A stretch of DNA of 64,000 bases from assembly GCA_045598965.1 (NCBI GenBank), contig JAZRVH010000005.1, forward strand, positions 1,289 to 65,288. Reading direction: 5' to 3'. The notes beneath the pieces are model-generated. The model was not told the origin of the DNA, made no database searches, and saw only the letters and a program-made list of their open reading frames with translations. This document shows positions 47,966 to 57,426 of this stretch, in pieces (within the stretch, counting starts at the first letter, position 1; each line of letters begins with the position of its first letter). Source of the DNA: Acutalibacteraceae bacterium. Its GTDB lineage: Bacteria; Bacillota; Clostridia; Oscillospirales; Acutalibacteraceae. The translations under genes and the position numbers were made by a program.

Positions 47966-49441
47966 ATGCGTAAAAGCGGAATGTTGTTGCCGATATTCTC
48001 GTTGCCGTCAAACTACGGTATCGGAACATTCGGAAACGCCGCCTATACGTTTGTGGATTTTTTGGCCGCCGCCGGACAAAGCCTTTGGCAAATTTTGCCT
48101 TTAGGCCCTACCGGCTACGGTCATTCGCCCTATCAATCCGATTCCACCTTTGCCGGAAACCCTCTTTTTATTGATTTGGATTTGCTCATTAAGGACGGTT
48201 TGTTGACCGAGCGAGAATGCAACGCCTTTACGTGGGGAGAAACCCCGCATTTCGTGGATTATGAGCGGGTGAAGGCTTACCGCCCTCTTTTATTCAAAAC
48301 CGCATTTTCCCGTTTTTTTGAGGCTTTACCGCCCGATTATGCCGCCTTTTGTGAGGCGGAGAGTGAATGGCTTTCCGATTACGCCTTATTCTGTACGCTT
48401 AAAGATGCCCACAACGGTCAAAGCTGGCAAGAGTGGGAACCCCCGTATCGTGACCGCCACGAAGAAGCTATGGCGTCTTTTGCTTTGGCACACAAAACGG
48501 AATTGGACTATTACAAAATGCTCCAGTATCTTTTCTTCAGACAATGGCGAGCCTTAAAAGCCCGTGCCAACGCCAAAGGAATTGATATTTTAGGGGATTT
48601 ACCCATTTATGTAGCTATGGACTCCGCCGACGTATGGAGCCATCGGGAATTGTTTGCCTTAAACGCCGAGGGACATCCCACCGAGGTCTCTGGTTGTCCT
48701 CCGGATGCGTTTTCCGAGGATGGTCAAAAGTGGGGAAATCCCGTCTATCACTGGACAGCACTAAAGGATACCGATTATGCTTGGTGGAAAGCCCGTGTCC
48801 GTCACGCCTGCACACTGTTTGATCTGATACGCATTGACCATTTCCGTGGATTTGAGTCTTACTATTGCATTCCGGCAGACGCCGAAAACGCCAAAATCGG
48901 CGTTTGGCGAAAAGGCCCCGGAATGGATTTATTCCGCTCTTTAGAAGAGGAAATGGGAAAACTGCCCTTCATTGCCGAAGATTTGGGATTTTTAACTCCG
49001 GCTGTGTATGAGCTTCTCGCCGAAAGCGGATATCCCGGTATGCGGGTGATGCAATTCGCCTTTGCGGATGTGTACGGCGACAGCAGTTATTTGCCCCATA
49101 ACTTTATCGTAAACTGCGTGGCGTATACCGGCACCCACGATAACGACACCATTTTAGGGTGGGCACGCACAGCACGGCAGGACGAATGGGATTTTGCCGC
49201 CCATTATTTAGACATTCAATCCCGTGAGGAAGCCCCGCAGGGAATGCTGAAAGCCCTGCTTTCGTCCCGGGCGGATACGGTGATATCCCAAGGGCAGGAT
49301 TGGCTCGAAAAAGGAAGCGAAGCCCGCATTAACACCCCCGGCACCACCGAGGGAAACTGGTGCTTTAGAGTCGTTGACGGCGACTTTTCCGACGACATTG
49401 CCGTAAAGGCACTTGACCTTACACGCTTGTATCGCCGCTAA
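47966..49441 (+). CDS. malQ: 4-alpha-glucanotransferase (amylomaltase, GH77)
   Basis: 491 aa. MRKSGMLLPIFSLPSNYGIGTFG, LGPTGYGHSPYQS, IRIDHFRGF and GTHDNDT. It starts 17 nt after the ligase stop. Confidence 0.9.
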   Translation: MRKSGMLLPIFSLPSNYGIGTFGNAAYTFVDFLAAAGQSLWQILPLGPTGYGHSPYQSDSTFAGNPLFIDLDLLIKDGLLTERECNAFTWGETPHFVDYERVKAYRPLLFKTAFSRFFEALPPDYAAFCEAESEWLSDYALFCTLKDAHNGQSWQEWEPPYRDRHEEAMASFALAHKTELDYYKMLQYLFFRQWRALKARANAKGIDILGDLPIYVAMDSADVWSHRELFALNAEGHPTEVSGCPPDAFSEDGQKWGNPVYHWTALKDTDYAWWKARVRHACTLFDLIRIDHFRGFESYYCIPADAENAKIGVWRKGPGMDLFRSLEEEMGKLPFIAEDLGFLTPAVYELLAESGYPGMRVMQFAFADVYGDSSYLPHNFIVNCVAYTGTHDNDTILGWARTARQDEWDFAAHYLDIQSREEAPQGMLKALLSSRADTVISQGQDWLEKGSEARINTPGTTEGNWCFRVVDGDFSDDIAVKALDLTRLYRR

Positions 49442-49502
49442 ACGGCGTACGATAAATTATGCTTCAAAAAACCAACGGATAAGAAACGGAGGATTTTACT
49501 TT

Positions 49503-52500
49503 ATGGCGTTGTACAACAAGGTTTCCACAGATATGAACTTCGTGGAACGAGAAAAGAAAATCGAGGCATTTTGGAAAGAGAAGGATATCTTCCAAAAGAG
49601 CATTGAAGAGCGTAAAGGGGCAGACCCTTACGTGTTTTTTGATGGTCCGCCGACGGCAAACGGCAAGCCTCACATCGGTCACGTGCTGACCCGTGTTATC
49701 AAGGATATGATTCCTCGCTATCGCACGATGAAAGGCTATGAGGTTCCCCGTAAAGCCGGCTGGGATACGCACGGTCTTCCGGTTGAGCTGGAGGTGGAAA
49801 AGCTTCTCGGTCTTGATGGAAAAGAGCAAATCGAGGAATACGGTCTCGAACCGTTCATCGAAAAATGTAAAGAGTGCGTTTGGAAATATAAGGGAATGTG
49901 GGAGGATTTCTCCTCGTCGGTCGGCTTTTGGGCCGATATGGACAACCCGTATATTACTTACGACAACAACTTTATTGAGTCCGAGTGGTGGGCATTAAAA
50001 CAGATTTGGGAAAAGGGTCTTTTGTACAAAGGCTATAAGATTGTCCCGTATTGCCCCCGCTGCGGAACCCCGCTGTCTTCTCACGAAGTGGCTCAGGGCT
50101 ACAAGGATGTGAAAGAGCGTTCGGCGGTGGTTCGCTTTAAGGTCAAAGGGGAGGATGCCTACTTCCTTGCCTGGACAACAACCCCGTGGACGCTTCCGTC
50201 GAACGTGGCACTGTGCGTCAACCCGAATGAGACCTATGTGAAGGTGAAAAAGGACGAGTACACCTACTACATGGCGGAGGCATTGGTTGCCACCGTTCTC
50301 GGTGAGGGTGCAAAAATCCTCGAATCTTTCAAGGGAAAAGACCTCGAATACAAAGAGTATGAACCGCTGTTCGATTTTGTCAATCCCAACAAAAAATGCT
50401 ATTTTGTCACCTGCGACACCTATGTCACCTTGACCGACGGTACCGGCGTGGTACATATCGCTCCGGCGTTTGGTGAGGATGACTCGGTTGTCGGCAGAAA
50501 CTATGACCTGCCGTTTGTCCAACTGGTGGACGGCAAGGGCGAAATGACGAAAGAAACGCCGTGGGCGGGGATGTTCTGCAAAACAGCCGATAAAGAGGTG
50601 CTGATTGACCTCGAAAAACGTGGCTTATTGTTCTCTGCACCGGTGTTTGAACACAGCTATCCGCACTGCTGGCGTTGCGACACGCCGCTCATTTACTACG
50701 CCCGTGACTCGTGGTTTATCCGCATGACCGACGTTAAGGATGATCTCATTAAGAACAACAACACCGTCAACTGGATTCCGGAGAGCATCGGCAAGGGTCG
50801 TTTCGGCGACTGGCTGGAAAATGTGCAGGATTGGGGCATCAGCCGTAACCGTTATTGGGGCACACCGCTCAACATTTGGGAATGCGAGTGCGGCCATCGT
50901 CACGCCATCGGCAGCATTGAGGAACTGAAAGAAATGTCCGATAACTGCCCGGATGAAATCGAACTGCACCGTCCGTATATCGACGCCGTCACCATTAAAT
51001 GCCCGAAATGCAGCAAACCGATGAAACGTGTGCCGGAGGTTATTGATTGCTGGTTCGACTCCGGTTCTATGCCTTTTGCCCAACACCATTACCCGTTTGA
51101 AAACAAGGATTTGTTTGAGGCTCAATTCCCGGCAGATTTCATCTCGGAGGCGGTGGACCAAACCCGTGGCTGGTTCTATTCATTGCTCGCCATTTCCACG
51201 CTTCTCTTCAACAAAGCCCCGTATAAAAACGTTATCGTTCTTGGTCTTGTGCAAGATGAAAACGGTCAAAAGATGTCCAAATCAAAGGGCAACGCCGTTG
51301 ACCCGTTTGACGCCTTACAAAAATACGGTGCGGATGCCATTCGTTGGTATTTCTATATCAACTCCGCCCCGTGGCTTCCGAACCGCTTCCACGACAAGGC
51401 GGTAGTCGAGGGACAACGTAAATTCCTCGGAACGCTGTGGAACACGTATGCGTTCTACACGCTGTATGCGAACATCGACAACTTTGACCCGACGAAACAA
51501 AAGGCAGATAAAGCGAGCTTGTCCGTGATGGATAAATGGCTCAATTCCCGCCTCAACACCCTTATCCATGAGGTGGACGACTATCTTGGTAATTATTGTA
51601 TTCCCGAGGCCGCCAGAGCCCTTCAAAGCTTTGTGGATGATTTGAGCAACTGGTATGTTCGCCGTTGCCGTGAACGCTATTGGGTAGCAGGGATGCCGCA
51701 GGATAAAATCAATGCGTATGCCACCTTATATAACGCCCTTGTCACGGTATGCAAGTTGGCGGCTCCTATGATTCCGTTTATGAGCGAGGATATCTACCAA
51801 AATCTCGTGTGCAACCTCGATAAATCCGCTCCGGAAAGCATTCACCTTTGTGCCTATCCGGTAGCCGACGATACCGCCATTGATAAGGACTTGGAAGCAA
51901 ATATGCAACGTGTCCTTGACGTGGTGGTACTGGGTCGTGCCGCCCGTAACGGTGCCAACCTCAAAAACCGTCAGCCGCTGTCGAAAATGATTGTGTCTGC
52001 CGACGGCGAGATTCCGGAGCTGTTCTTAAACGTTATTGCCGAGGAACTGAACGTCAATGCGGTGGAACAAAAAGAGGATATGAGCGAGTTTATGAGCTAC
52101 AGCTTTAAGCCGCAGCTTAAAACCGTCGGCCCGAAATTCGGCCCGAAACTGGGCGAAATCCGCTCGGTTCTTCCGACGATTGACGGCAACGCCGCCAAAG
52201 CGGAGCTCGACAAAAATGGTGCCTTGAAGCTCAACCTGCCGTCCGGCGAAATCACGCTTCTTGAGGAGGATTTGCTGATTGACATCGCTTCGAAAGAAGG
52301 CTATTTCCCGCTTTCCGACAACGGCGTTACGGTGGCACTGTGCACCGAATTGACGCCGGAGCTGATTGAGCAAGGTCTTGTGCGTGAACTGGTCAGCAAA
52401 ATCCAAACGATGCGTAAAGAAGCCGGCTTTGAGGTGACTGACCACATTGCCGTGTCTTTTGCGGGCAGCGAAACGGCGTTGGCAATTGCCGAGAAATACA

Positions 52501-52619
52501 AAGATTCCCTCGCCGCCGACGTGCTGGCGGATGTCGTTTCTTTCGATGGGGCAGACGGCTTCACCAAAGAATGGGATGTCAACGGCGAAAACGTCACCAT
52601 CGGCGTGAAAAAGCAATAA
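49503..52619 (+). CDS. ileS: isoleucine--tRNA ligase (long, type-2-like form)
   Basis: 1038 aa from the ATG at 49503. HIGH motif PTANGKPHIGH, KMSKS motif QKMSKSKGN, and Zn-cysteines CPRCGT / CWRCDT. Only a 61-nt gap separates it from malQ, and it has no leader of its own. Confidence 0.93.
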   Translation: MALYNKVSTDMNFVEREKKIEAFWKEKDIFQKSIEERKGADPYVFFDGPPTANGKPHIGHVLTRVIKDMIPRYRTMKGYEVPRKAGWDTHGLPVELEVEKLLGLDGKEQIEEYGLEPFIEKCKECVWKYKGMWEDFSSSVGFWADMDNPYITYDNNFIESEWWALKQIWEKGLLYKGYKIVPYCPRCGTPLSSHEVAQGYKDVKERSAVVRFKVKGEDAYFLAWTTTPWTLPSNVALCVNPNETYVKVKKDEYTYYMAEALVATVLGEGAKILESFKGKDLEYKEYEPLFDFVNPNKKCYFVTCDTYVTLTDGTGVVHIAPAFGEDDSVVGRNYDLPFVQLVDGKGEMTKETPWAGMFCKTADKEVLIDLEKRGLLFSAPVFEHSYPHCWRCDTPLIYYARDSWFIRMTDVKDDLIKNNNTVNWIPESIGKGRFGDWLENVQDWGISRNRYWGTPLNIWECECGHRHAIGSIEELKEMSDNCPDEIELHRPYIDAVTIKCPKCSKPMKRVPEVIDCWFDSGSMPFAQHHYPFENKDLFEAQFPADFISEAVDQTRGWFYSLLAISTLLFNKAPYKNVIVLGLVQDENGQKMSKSKGNAVDPFDALQKYGADAIRWYFYINSAPWLPNRFHDKAVVEGQRKFLGTLWNTYAFYTLYANIDNFDPTKQKADKASLSVMDKWLNSRLNTLIHEVDDYLGNYCIPEAARALQSFVDDLSNWYVRRCRERYWVAGMPQDKINAYATLYNALVTVCKLAAPMIPFMSEDIYQNLVCNLDKSAPESIHLCAYPVADDTAIDKDLEANMQRVLDVVVLGRAARNGANLKNRQPLSKMIVSADGEIPELFLNVIAEELNVNAVEQKEDMSEFMSYSFKPQLKTVGPKFGPKLGEIRSVLPTIDGNAAKAELDKNGALKLNLPSGEITLLEEDLLIDIASKEGYFPLSDNGVTVALCTELTPELIEQGLVRELVSKIQTMRKEAGFEVTDHIAVSFAGSETALAIAEKYKDSLAADVLADVVSFDGADGFTKEWDVNGENVTIGVKKQ

Positions 52620-52641
52620 TGTAAACAAATCGTAAATCCAC

Positions 52642-52670
52642 TTGCCAAACGGATACTTTTCCGTTATAAT
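52642..52670 (+). promoter_or_regulatory. Sigma-A promoter for yajC
   Basis: TTGCCA (52642..52647), 17-nt spacer, TATAAT (52665..52670). Confidence 0.6.
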
Positions 52671-52699
52671 GGAACTAACGATTTTTTGGAGGTAACACT

Positions 52700-53098
52700 A
52701 TGCAATTTTCCAATTTGATTTTGGCGGCAACCACTGCCGCCGCTAAATCCGCCGCCAACGGTCAACAAGAGGTGCCGTGGTGGTATCAGTATTCGTCCAT
52801 TATCATGCTCATTTTCATCTTTGTAGTGATGTATTTTCTGCTGATTCGTCCGCAGAGAAAGCGTGAAAAAGAAGAGCAGAAAATGCGTAACGACCTGCGG
52901 GTTGGTGACGAGATTGTCACCATCGGCGGTATCATTTGCCGTGTGGTCAACGTCAAAGAAGACCTCATCATTGTGGAAACCGGTGCCGACCGTACGAAGC
53001 TGACTCTGAAAAAATGGGCAGTGCAGACAAACGAAACCGTCCACGATGCCCCGCTGGATGACGACGATGACGATTTCGACGACGATGACGATATCTAA
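52700..53098 (+). CDS. yajC: Preprotein translocase subunit YajC, with a poly-Asp C-terminal tail
   Basis: 132 aa. TM segment followed by YFLLIRPQRKREKEEQKMRNDLRVGDEIVTIGGIICRVV. Tail sequence DDDDDDFDDDDDI. Confidence 0.85.
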   Translation: MQFSNLILAATTAAAKSAANGQQEVPWWYQYSSIIMLIFIFVVMYFLLIRPQRKREKEEQKMRNDLRVGDEIVTIGGIICRVVNVKEDLIIVETGADRTKLTLKKWAVQTNETVHDAPLDDDDDDFDDDDDI

Positions 53099-53169
53099 CA
53101 TCTAAATGGTCTACTTTTCCTCCGCATCGCATAAGGTGTACTATCCTTATTTGATGCGGAGGAACTGCT

Positions 53170-53583
53170 ATGTTTAAGAAAATCGAACGTCCGTCCGATG
53201 CGATGGCCTTTATCGGCACACCGCTTTTATGGGGGACCGTTGTGGGAACGCTTTGCGTGTCGTTGCTGTTGTTTTTGGCGGCGGGCATTTGCGTTGCCGT
53301 GGATGTTCCCGACACCCTGCTGACGACTATGGCGTTGGGGGCTTGCGGCCTTGGTGCCTTTTTCGGTGGGCTTATTGCCGGAAAACTCACCAAACGAAAA
53401 GGCTGGCTCGTCGGACTTTTGTGCGGCGTTTGCTTGACTGTGCTTGTCACCGGCATCGGTGCCCTTTGCGTCGGTGTTCTTTTCAGCAGTCATTTCTTTA
53501 TCAGCCTGCTTATCGGCATTCTTTGTGCAACGTGTGGCGGAATGATTGGTGTGAACCTTAAACGCAACGATTTTTCGGTCTGA
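53170..53583 (+). CDS. Small four-TM membrane protein (TIGR04086/YrzE-like; family assignment tentative)
   Basis: 137 aa and hydrophobic throughout. Typical neighbour of yajC and spoIIM-like genes in sporeformers, from my recollection only. Confidence 0.5.
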   Translation: MFKKIERPSDAMAFIGTPLLWGTVVGTLCVSLLLFLAAGICVAVDVPDTLLTTMALGACGLGAFFGGLIAGKLTKRKGWLVGLLCGVCLTVLVTGIGALCVGVLFSSHFFISLLIGILCATCGGMIGVNLKRNDFSV

Positions 53584-53626
53584 ATTTCTCTTTTACCGCA
53601 TAGAGATAGGGTAGGGAGGAATGACT

Positions 53627-54220
53627 ATGGCAAGGACAAGCCGTTTTGTGAAGCAATTACACGCATTTTTAGGAACAAACAGCCGCCTGTTTTTGTTTTT
53701 ATCGCTTACGTTGGCGGGCGTTGCACTGGGATGTATTTGGTATCCGCACTTTCCCGACCGCTATATCCCGCTTTTGTCGCTGTTTACAACCGAAAGCGGG
53801 GAAATATCCGGTTTTTTGGGCGGAGTTTCGGCGTTTTTACGTCACAGCCTGCCGACACTGACATCTGTCGGTATATTGATGCTTTCGGGAATGTCTTTGT
53901 GTGGACTTCCCGCCGCCATTGCCGTACCGATTATTTACGGAACGGCAACCGGGCTTTGTGAGGCGTTTGTGCTGAAAACCGGGGGAGTTCTCGCTCTCGC
54001 CGTCTCACTGCCGGCGTCGCTTATATTTGTATGGACATTACTTATCGCCTGTGCCGAATCGCTCAGGCTCACACTGCGGCTTGTGTCGCAGGTTATGCCC
54101 GGTTCGCCGAAAAGCGGACTTTGGCGAGATTTTCGATTGTTTTTTTGGCGGTTTTTACTGTGCTTTTCGTTAGCACTGGCCGCATCGGCGATGGATATCG
54201 CTCTTGCCGCTCTTTGGTAA
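53627..54220 (+). CDS. Polytopic membrane protein, stage II sporulation protein M-like (tentative)
   Basis: ~197 aa with 5-6 TM segments. Size and topology resemble SpoIIM/DUF95. ATG at 53627 has proper spacing from AGGGAGG. Confidence 0.4.
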   Translation: MARTSRFVKQLHAFLGTNSRLFLFLSLTLAGVALGCIWYPHFPDRYIPLLSLFTTESGEISGFLGGVSAFLRHSLPTLTSVGILMLSGMSLCGLPAAIAVPIIYGTATGLCEAFVLKTGGVLALAVSLPASLIFVWTLLIACAESLRLTLRLVSQVMPGSPKSGLWRDFRLFFWRFLLCFSLALAASAMDIALAALW

Positions 54221-54254
54221 AAAACTTGCCGGATGTGAAAAAGGAGGAGACCCG

Positions 54255-55187
54255 ATGGCGAACGGATTTAAGATGTTTGATGTGACCCGTGCCGGTCGAG
54301 GTATCGACAAAAACCGTCAGGAAAAACGCAATATTTTTGAATTTTGGGCACTGACTTTCCGCAAATTTTGGAGTCTGTTAGAGCTGGGACTATTGTATGT
54401 GCTGTTGTCTTTGCCGCTCGTTACAAACGGACTTGCCTGTGCGGGAACAACGTTCATTACCCGCAATTTTGCCCGAGAAAAACCCGTTTTTTTGGTCTCT
54501 GACTATTTTTCGTGTATCAAAAAGAACTGGAAGCAGGCACTTCCCGTCGGCATTATCAACCTCGTAGTCGGCGGAATGATGGTGTTCAGTGCCCTGTTTT
54601 ATTTCTATGCCGGCTCCACGGCAAGCCTAATCTGTATGGCACTGGTGCTGGCACTTCTCATCGGATTTATCGTGATGCAGTTTTACATCTATGTGATGAT
54701 GGTCACGTTCAAATTCAACATTCGACAGCTGTATAAAAACGCCGTCTATATGATTTTCCTCGGCTGGAAAGAAAACCTGATTATCCTCGGCGTTTTGATT
54801 GCCGTTTATGGATTTTTGTTCTCGATTGCCATGTTGTTTGTGTTCTCGGGACTGGATCCTATTGCTCTTTTATTCGGCACGTTTTCGCTGTTTTTCTTGC
54901 CGCCGTTTCGGATGTTGCTCACCCAGTTTTATGTGTTTCCGGTGGTGAAAAAACATCTTATCGACCCCTATTACAGAGAGCATCCGGAGGAGTTCGAGGC
55001 GGCACGTCACCACTTAAATCTTGAAAACGAAGAAACACGCAAAGCGGACGAAGAACAGGCCATTTTCCATGATGTGGGTTCTGCAGAGGGAGCACCGGAG
55101 CCTCGTGAAACCGAGAACAAGCCGGGCAAATCCTTCCCGAAGCAATACGCAAGCCATCAAACCAACGACGAGGACGATACCATCTGA
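54255..55187 (+). CDS. YesL/DUF624-family membrane protein
   Basis: Start at the ATG at 54255, after AAGGAGGAG. N-terminus FEFWALTFRKFWSLLELGLLYVLLSLPLVT is typical of DUF624. Acidic C-terminal tail. Confidence 0.65.
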   Translation: MANGFKMFDVTRAGRGIDKNRQEKRNIFEFWALTFRKFWSLLELGLLYVLLSLPLVTNGLACAGTTFITRNFAREKPVFLVSDYFSCIKKNWKQALPVGIINLVVGGMMVFSALFYFYAGSTASLICMALVLALLIGFIVMQFYIYVMMVTFKFNIRQLYKNAVYMIFLGWKENLIILGVLIAVYGFLFSIAMLFVFSGLDPIALLFGTFSLFFLPPFRMLLTQFYVFPVVKKHLIDPYYREHPEEFEAARHHLNLENEETRKADEEQAIFHDVGSAEGAPEPRETENKPGKSFPKQYASHQTNDEDDTI

Positions 55188-55188
55188 T

Positions 55189-55749
55189 ATGAAACAGTTA
55201 ACAATTTTAGTGGATGCGGACGGCGTTTTGGAGAATTTTTCCGAAATATGGGTCGGCTATCTCAACAAAAAATACGGGGTAAACGTATCCCACGATGATG
55301 TAAAAGAATGGGATATGACGAAAGCGTATCCCATGCTCACGCCGGAGCAAGTCCTTTCTACCGAGTTGGATCCCGAGCTGTATCTTGATTTACAGCCGAT
55401 TCCCAAAGCGGCAGAGGTGTTACAGCGTCTGCTTTCCGATGGACACGAGATTTTTATCGTTACCAACACTCACTATAAAATCGCTATCGAAAAATTAGAG
55501 GGAACACTGTTTAAGTATTATCCGTTTTTGCCGTGGCGACAGTACATTTTCACCCATCGAAAACAGATGATAAAAGGGGATGTTTTGGTGGATGACGGGC
55601 TTCATAATTTGATTGGCGGCGACTATGAAAAAATTCTGTTTTCCGCACCGTATAACCGTGATTTTGATGCGAAAGCCAACGGAATGACCCGTGTGGAAAA
55701 CTGGGAGGAAGCGTATAACGCCATTACCGCCATCGCTAATAAGACATAA
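55189..55749 (+). CDS. 5'(3')-deoxyribonucleotidase (NT5C-type HAD phosphatase)
   Basis: 186 aa from the ATG at 55189. HAD motif I ILVDADGVLENF. FIVTN... and VLVDDGLHNL. Confidence 0.7.
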   Translation: MKQLTILVDADGVLENFSEIWVGYLNKKYGVNVSHDDVKEWDMTKAYPMLTPEQVLSTELDPELYLDLQPIPKAAEVLQRLLSDGHEIFIVTNTHYKIAIEKLEGTLFKYYPFLPWRQYIFTHRKQMIKGDVLVDDGLHNLIGGDYEKILFSAPYNRDFDAKANGMTRVENWEEAYNAITAIANKT

Positions 55750-55776
55750 AAAAAGACCGCCCTGCGGTCTTTTTTT
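55748..55776. terminator. Bidirectional intrinsic terminator
   Basis: AGACCGC / GCGGTCT stem with loop CCT, flanked by an A-run and a T-run. It lies between convergent genes. Confidence 0.8.
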
Positions 55777-55779
55777 AAT

Positions 55780-56769
55780 TTATTCTTCTTCATTTTTTGG
55801 GGCAACGTGGAGATTCGCAAGCGGGTTATTTTCTGTCGCTTCTTTAACCTGAGCGGTGGAAAGATGTGTATAAATTTCTGTTGTGCCGAGGTTTTCGTGA
55901 CCGAGAATATCTTTAAGCACCCGAATATCCGTACCGCCATGCTGATACATAAGCGTTGCCGCTGTGTGTCGCAGTTTATGCGTAGAGAGATTTTCGGCAC
56001 CCTCCACTTGTTTCAAATAGCCTTTAACCACGTAATGCACTCCTTGAACGGTAATACGGCTCTTTAATCGGCTCAAAAACAGGGCATCCTTATCCTTGAC
56101 ACCGTCAACCGGCCTCACCTTCAAATACTGCTGTATGGCGTCCCAGCAAGCGTCATTGAGATACAGCATACGTTCTTTGTTTCCTTTTCCTCGCACACGT
56201 AACGAACGGTCCGACCCAATATCCGATAGATTGAGTCCCGCCACCTCCGCACGACGCAATCCGCAGTTGAGGAGAATGGTCAGCATACAATAATCCCGTT
56301 CGGCAAATTCGCCGGAGACACTGCGAAGCAGGTCAATCGATTGCTCAACGGTCAGGTATTTCGGGAGAGCCTTTTTCTTTTTCGGCGTATCCAAATTTTG
56401 CACGGGATTTTTTTCAAGCTGATGGGTGACATCGGTCAGATAATGAAAAAACGTGCGTAACGCCGTTACTTTGCGGGCACGAGTGGCGTTCCCATTTCCA
56501 CGCTCGTTTTTTGCATAGTTCATAAACTCATACACGTCCAAAAGGGTTACCGTTTTCAAAAGCTCCACATCCACCGTTTTTATGGAGATTTCCTCCATGG
56601 GCAGGGTAGGGGGGACAAGCCCTTTTTGCTGTTGAAAATACCGTAAAAAGGTACGCAAATCCACAAAGTATTCGTCCACCGTTCCGGCAGAACGCCCTTT
56701 GATAACCTCAATATATCCGAAATATTCCCGCAAAAGCGGAGAGCACTCGTCAACGTATTCTTTTTTCAT
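55780..56769 (-). CDS. Tyrosine-type site-specific recombinase (XerC/XerD-like)
   Basis: 329 aa. SAM-like N-domain (GRSAGTVDEYFVDLRTFLRY). Catalytic domain with RRAEVAGL, HKLRHTAATLM, LGHENLGTTEIYTH (R..HxxR..H..Y). Confidence 0.85.
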   Translation of the reverse strand: MKKEYVDECSPLLREYFGYIEVIKGRSAGTVDEYFVDLRTFLRYFQQQKGLVPPTLPMEEISIKTVDVELLKTVTLLDVYEFMNYAKNERGNGNATRARKVTALRTFFHYLTDVTHQLEKNPVQNLDTPKKKKALPKYLTVEQSIDLLRSVSGEFAERDYCMLTILLNCGLRRAEVAGLNLSDIGSDRSLRVRGKGNKERMLYLNDACWDAIQQYLKVRPVDGVKDKDALFLSRLKSRITVQGVHYVVKGYLKQVEGAENLSTHKLRHTAATLMYQHGGTDIRVLKDILGHENLGTTEIYTHLSTAQVKEATENNPLANLHVAPKNEEE

Positions 56770-57426
56770 TTTGAAACGACTCCTTTCATTCGTGAAACAG
56801 TTTCACGCATAGGGGGTGTGAAACAAGGGGGAGTTTCCCGTCATTGGGGATACCATAAACGCCCCGAACGCATTCGACGGTATTCTTGCTATCCGGCAGG
56901 CTTCACACAAGCACAGCGGCAGATAAACGGATAAAACGCCCAAACGTTGCTACTGTCCGGCAAGAATTTTCACATTGCCGTTTTGTTCGATTCAGACCAA
57001 TTTTATTGCAATACAATTTATCTACGATTTATCGTTTGCACACATTTTTGATTTTTTGACAATAACGGCAAAAATCGAAAAAATGCCGTCGAATAGAACG
57101 AACCAAAATGACCTACGCATCGATCGGAGAATTTCTATCGGCTACAAACCAGAGGTGATTTTTCGCAAAATTTTTCATAGGTAAAAAATCGCAAAAACCG
57201 TCCAACAGAATATATGAAAACAAACAACATATCAAAACTGCAAACGCCGTTGGCTGTAAACAAGCGAATTAAAGTGCCGACGTTGCCAAAATACATTCTC
57301 GCAAAAGACGCTGCAAATGGCGTGAATAGTGCATCTTAGGAAATGGGAGTAAAACGATAAAAATAGCGGGAAATACCGAAAATCGACCCAAAAAACGGCT
57401 TATTTTCCTATTCCGCCTCCCCTCAA

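Noticed and set aside
49380-49502. Independent promoter for ileS inside the malQ 3' end (TTGTAT..GATAAAT-like hexamers near 49427..49458)
   Set aside because: The hexamers and spacing (18 nt) are poor, so I cannot call a promoter. I cannot exclude one either. This is the main caveat on the T-box operon finding.
57204-57226. dif-like sequence (AGAATATAT core resembling the centre of Firmicute dif)
   Set aside because: The flanking arms do not match the XerC/XerD binding arms of the Bacillus-type dif as I recall it (ACTTCCTAGAA-TATATA-TTATGTAAACT). The similarity is limited to an A/T-rich core that is likely to occur by chance in this tract.
56975-57339. Small ORFs inside the AT-rich tract: a 69-aa TTG-initiated ORF at 56975..57184 and a hand-found 41-aa ORF at 57214..57339 (MKTNNISKLQTPLAVNKRIKVPTLPKYILAKDAANGVNSAS)
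   Set aside because: Neither has a Shine-Dalgarno sequence or a recognisable motif, and the composition is what is expected from random A/T-rich DNA. I kept this only as part of the non-coding tract finding.
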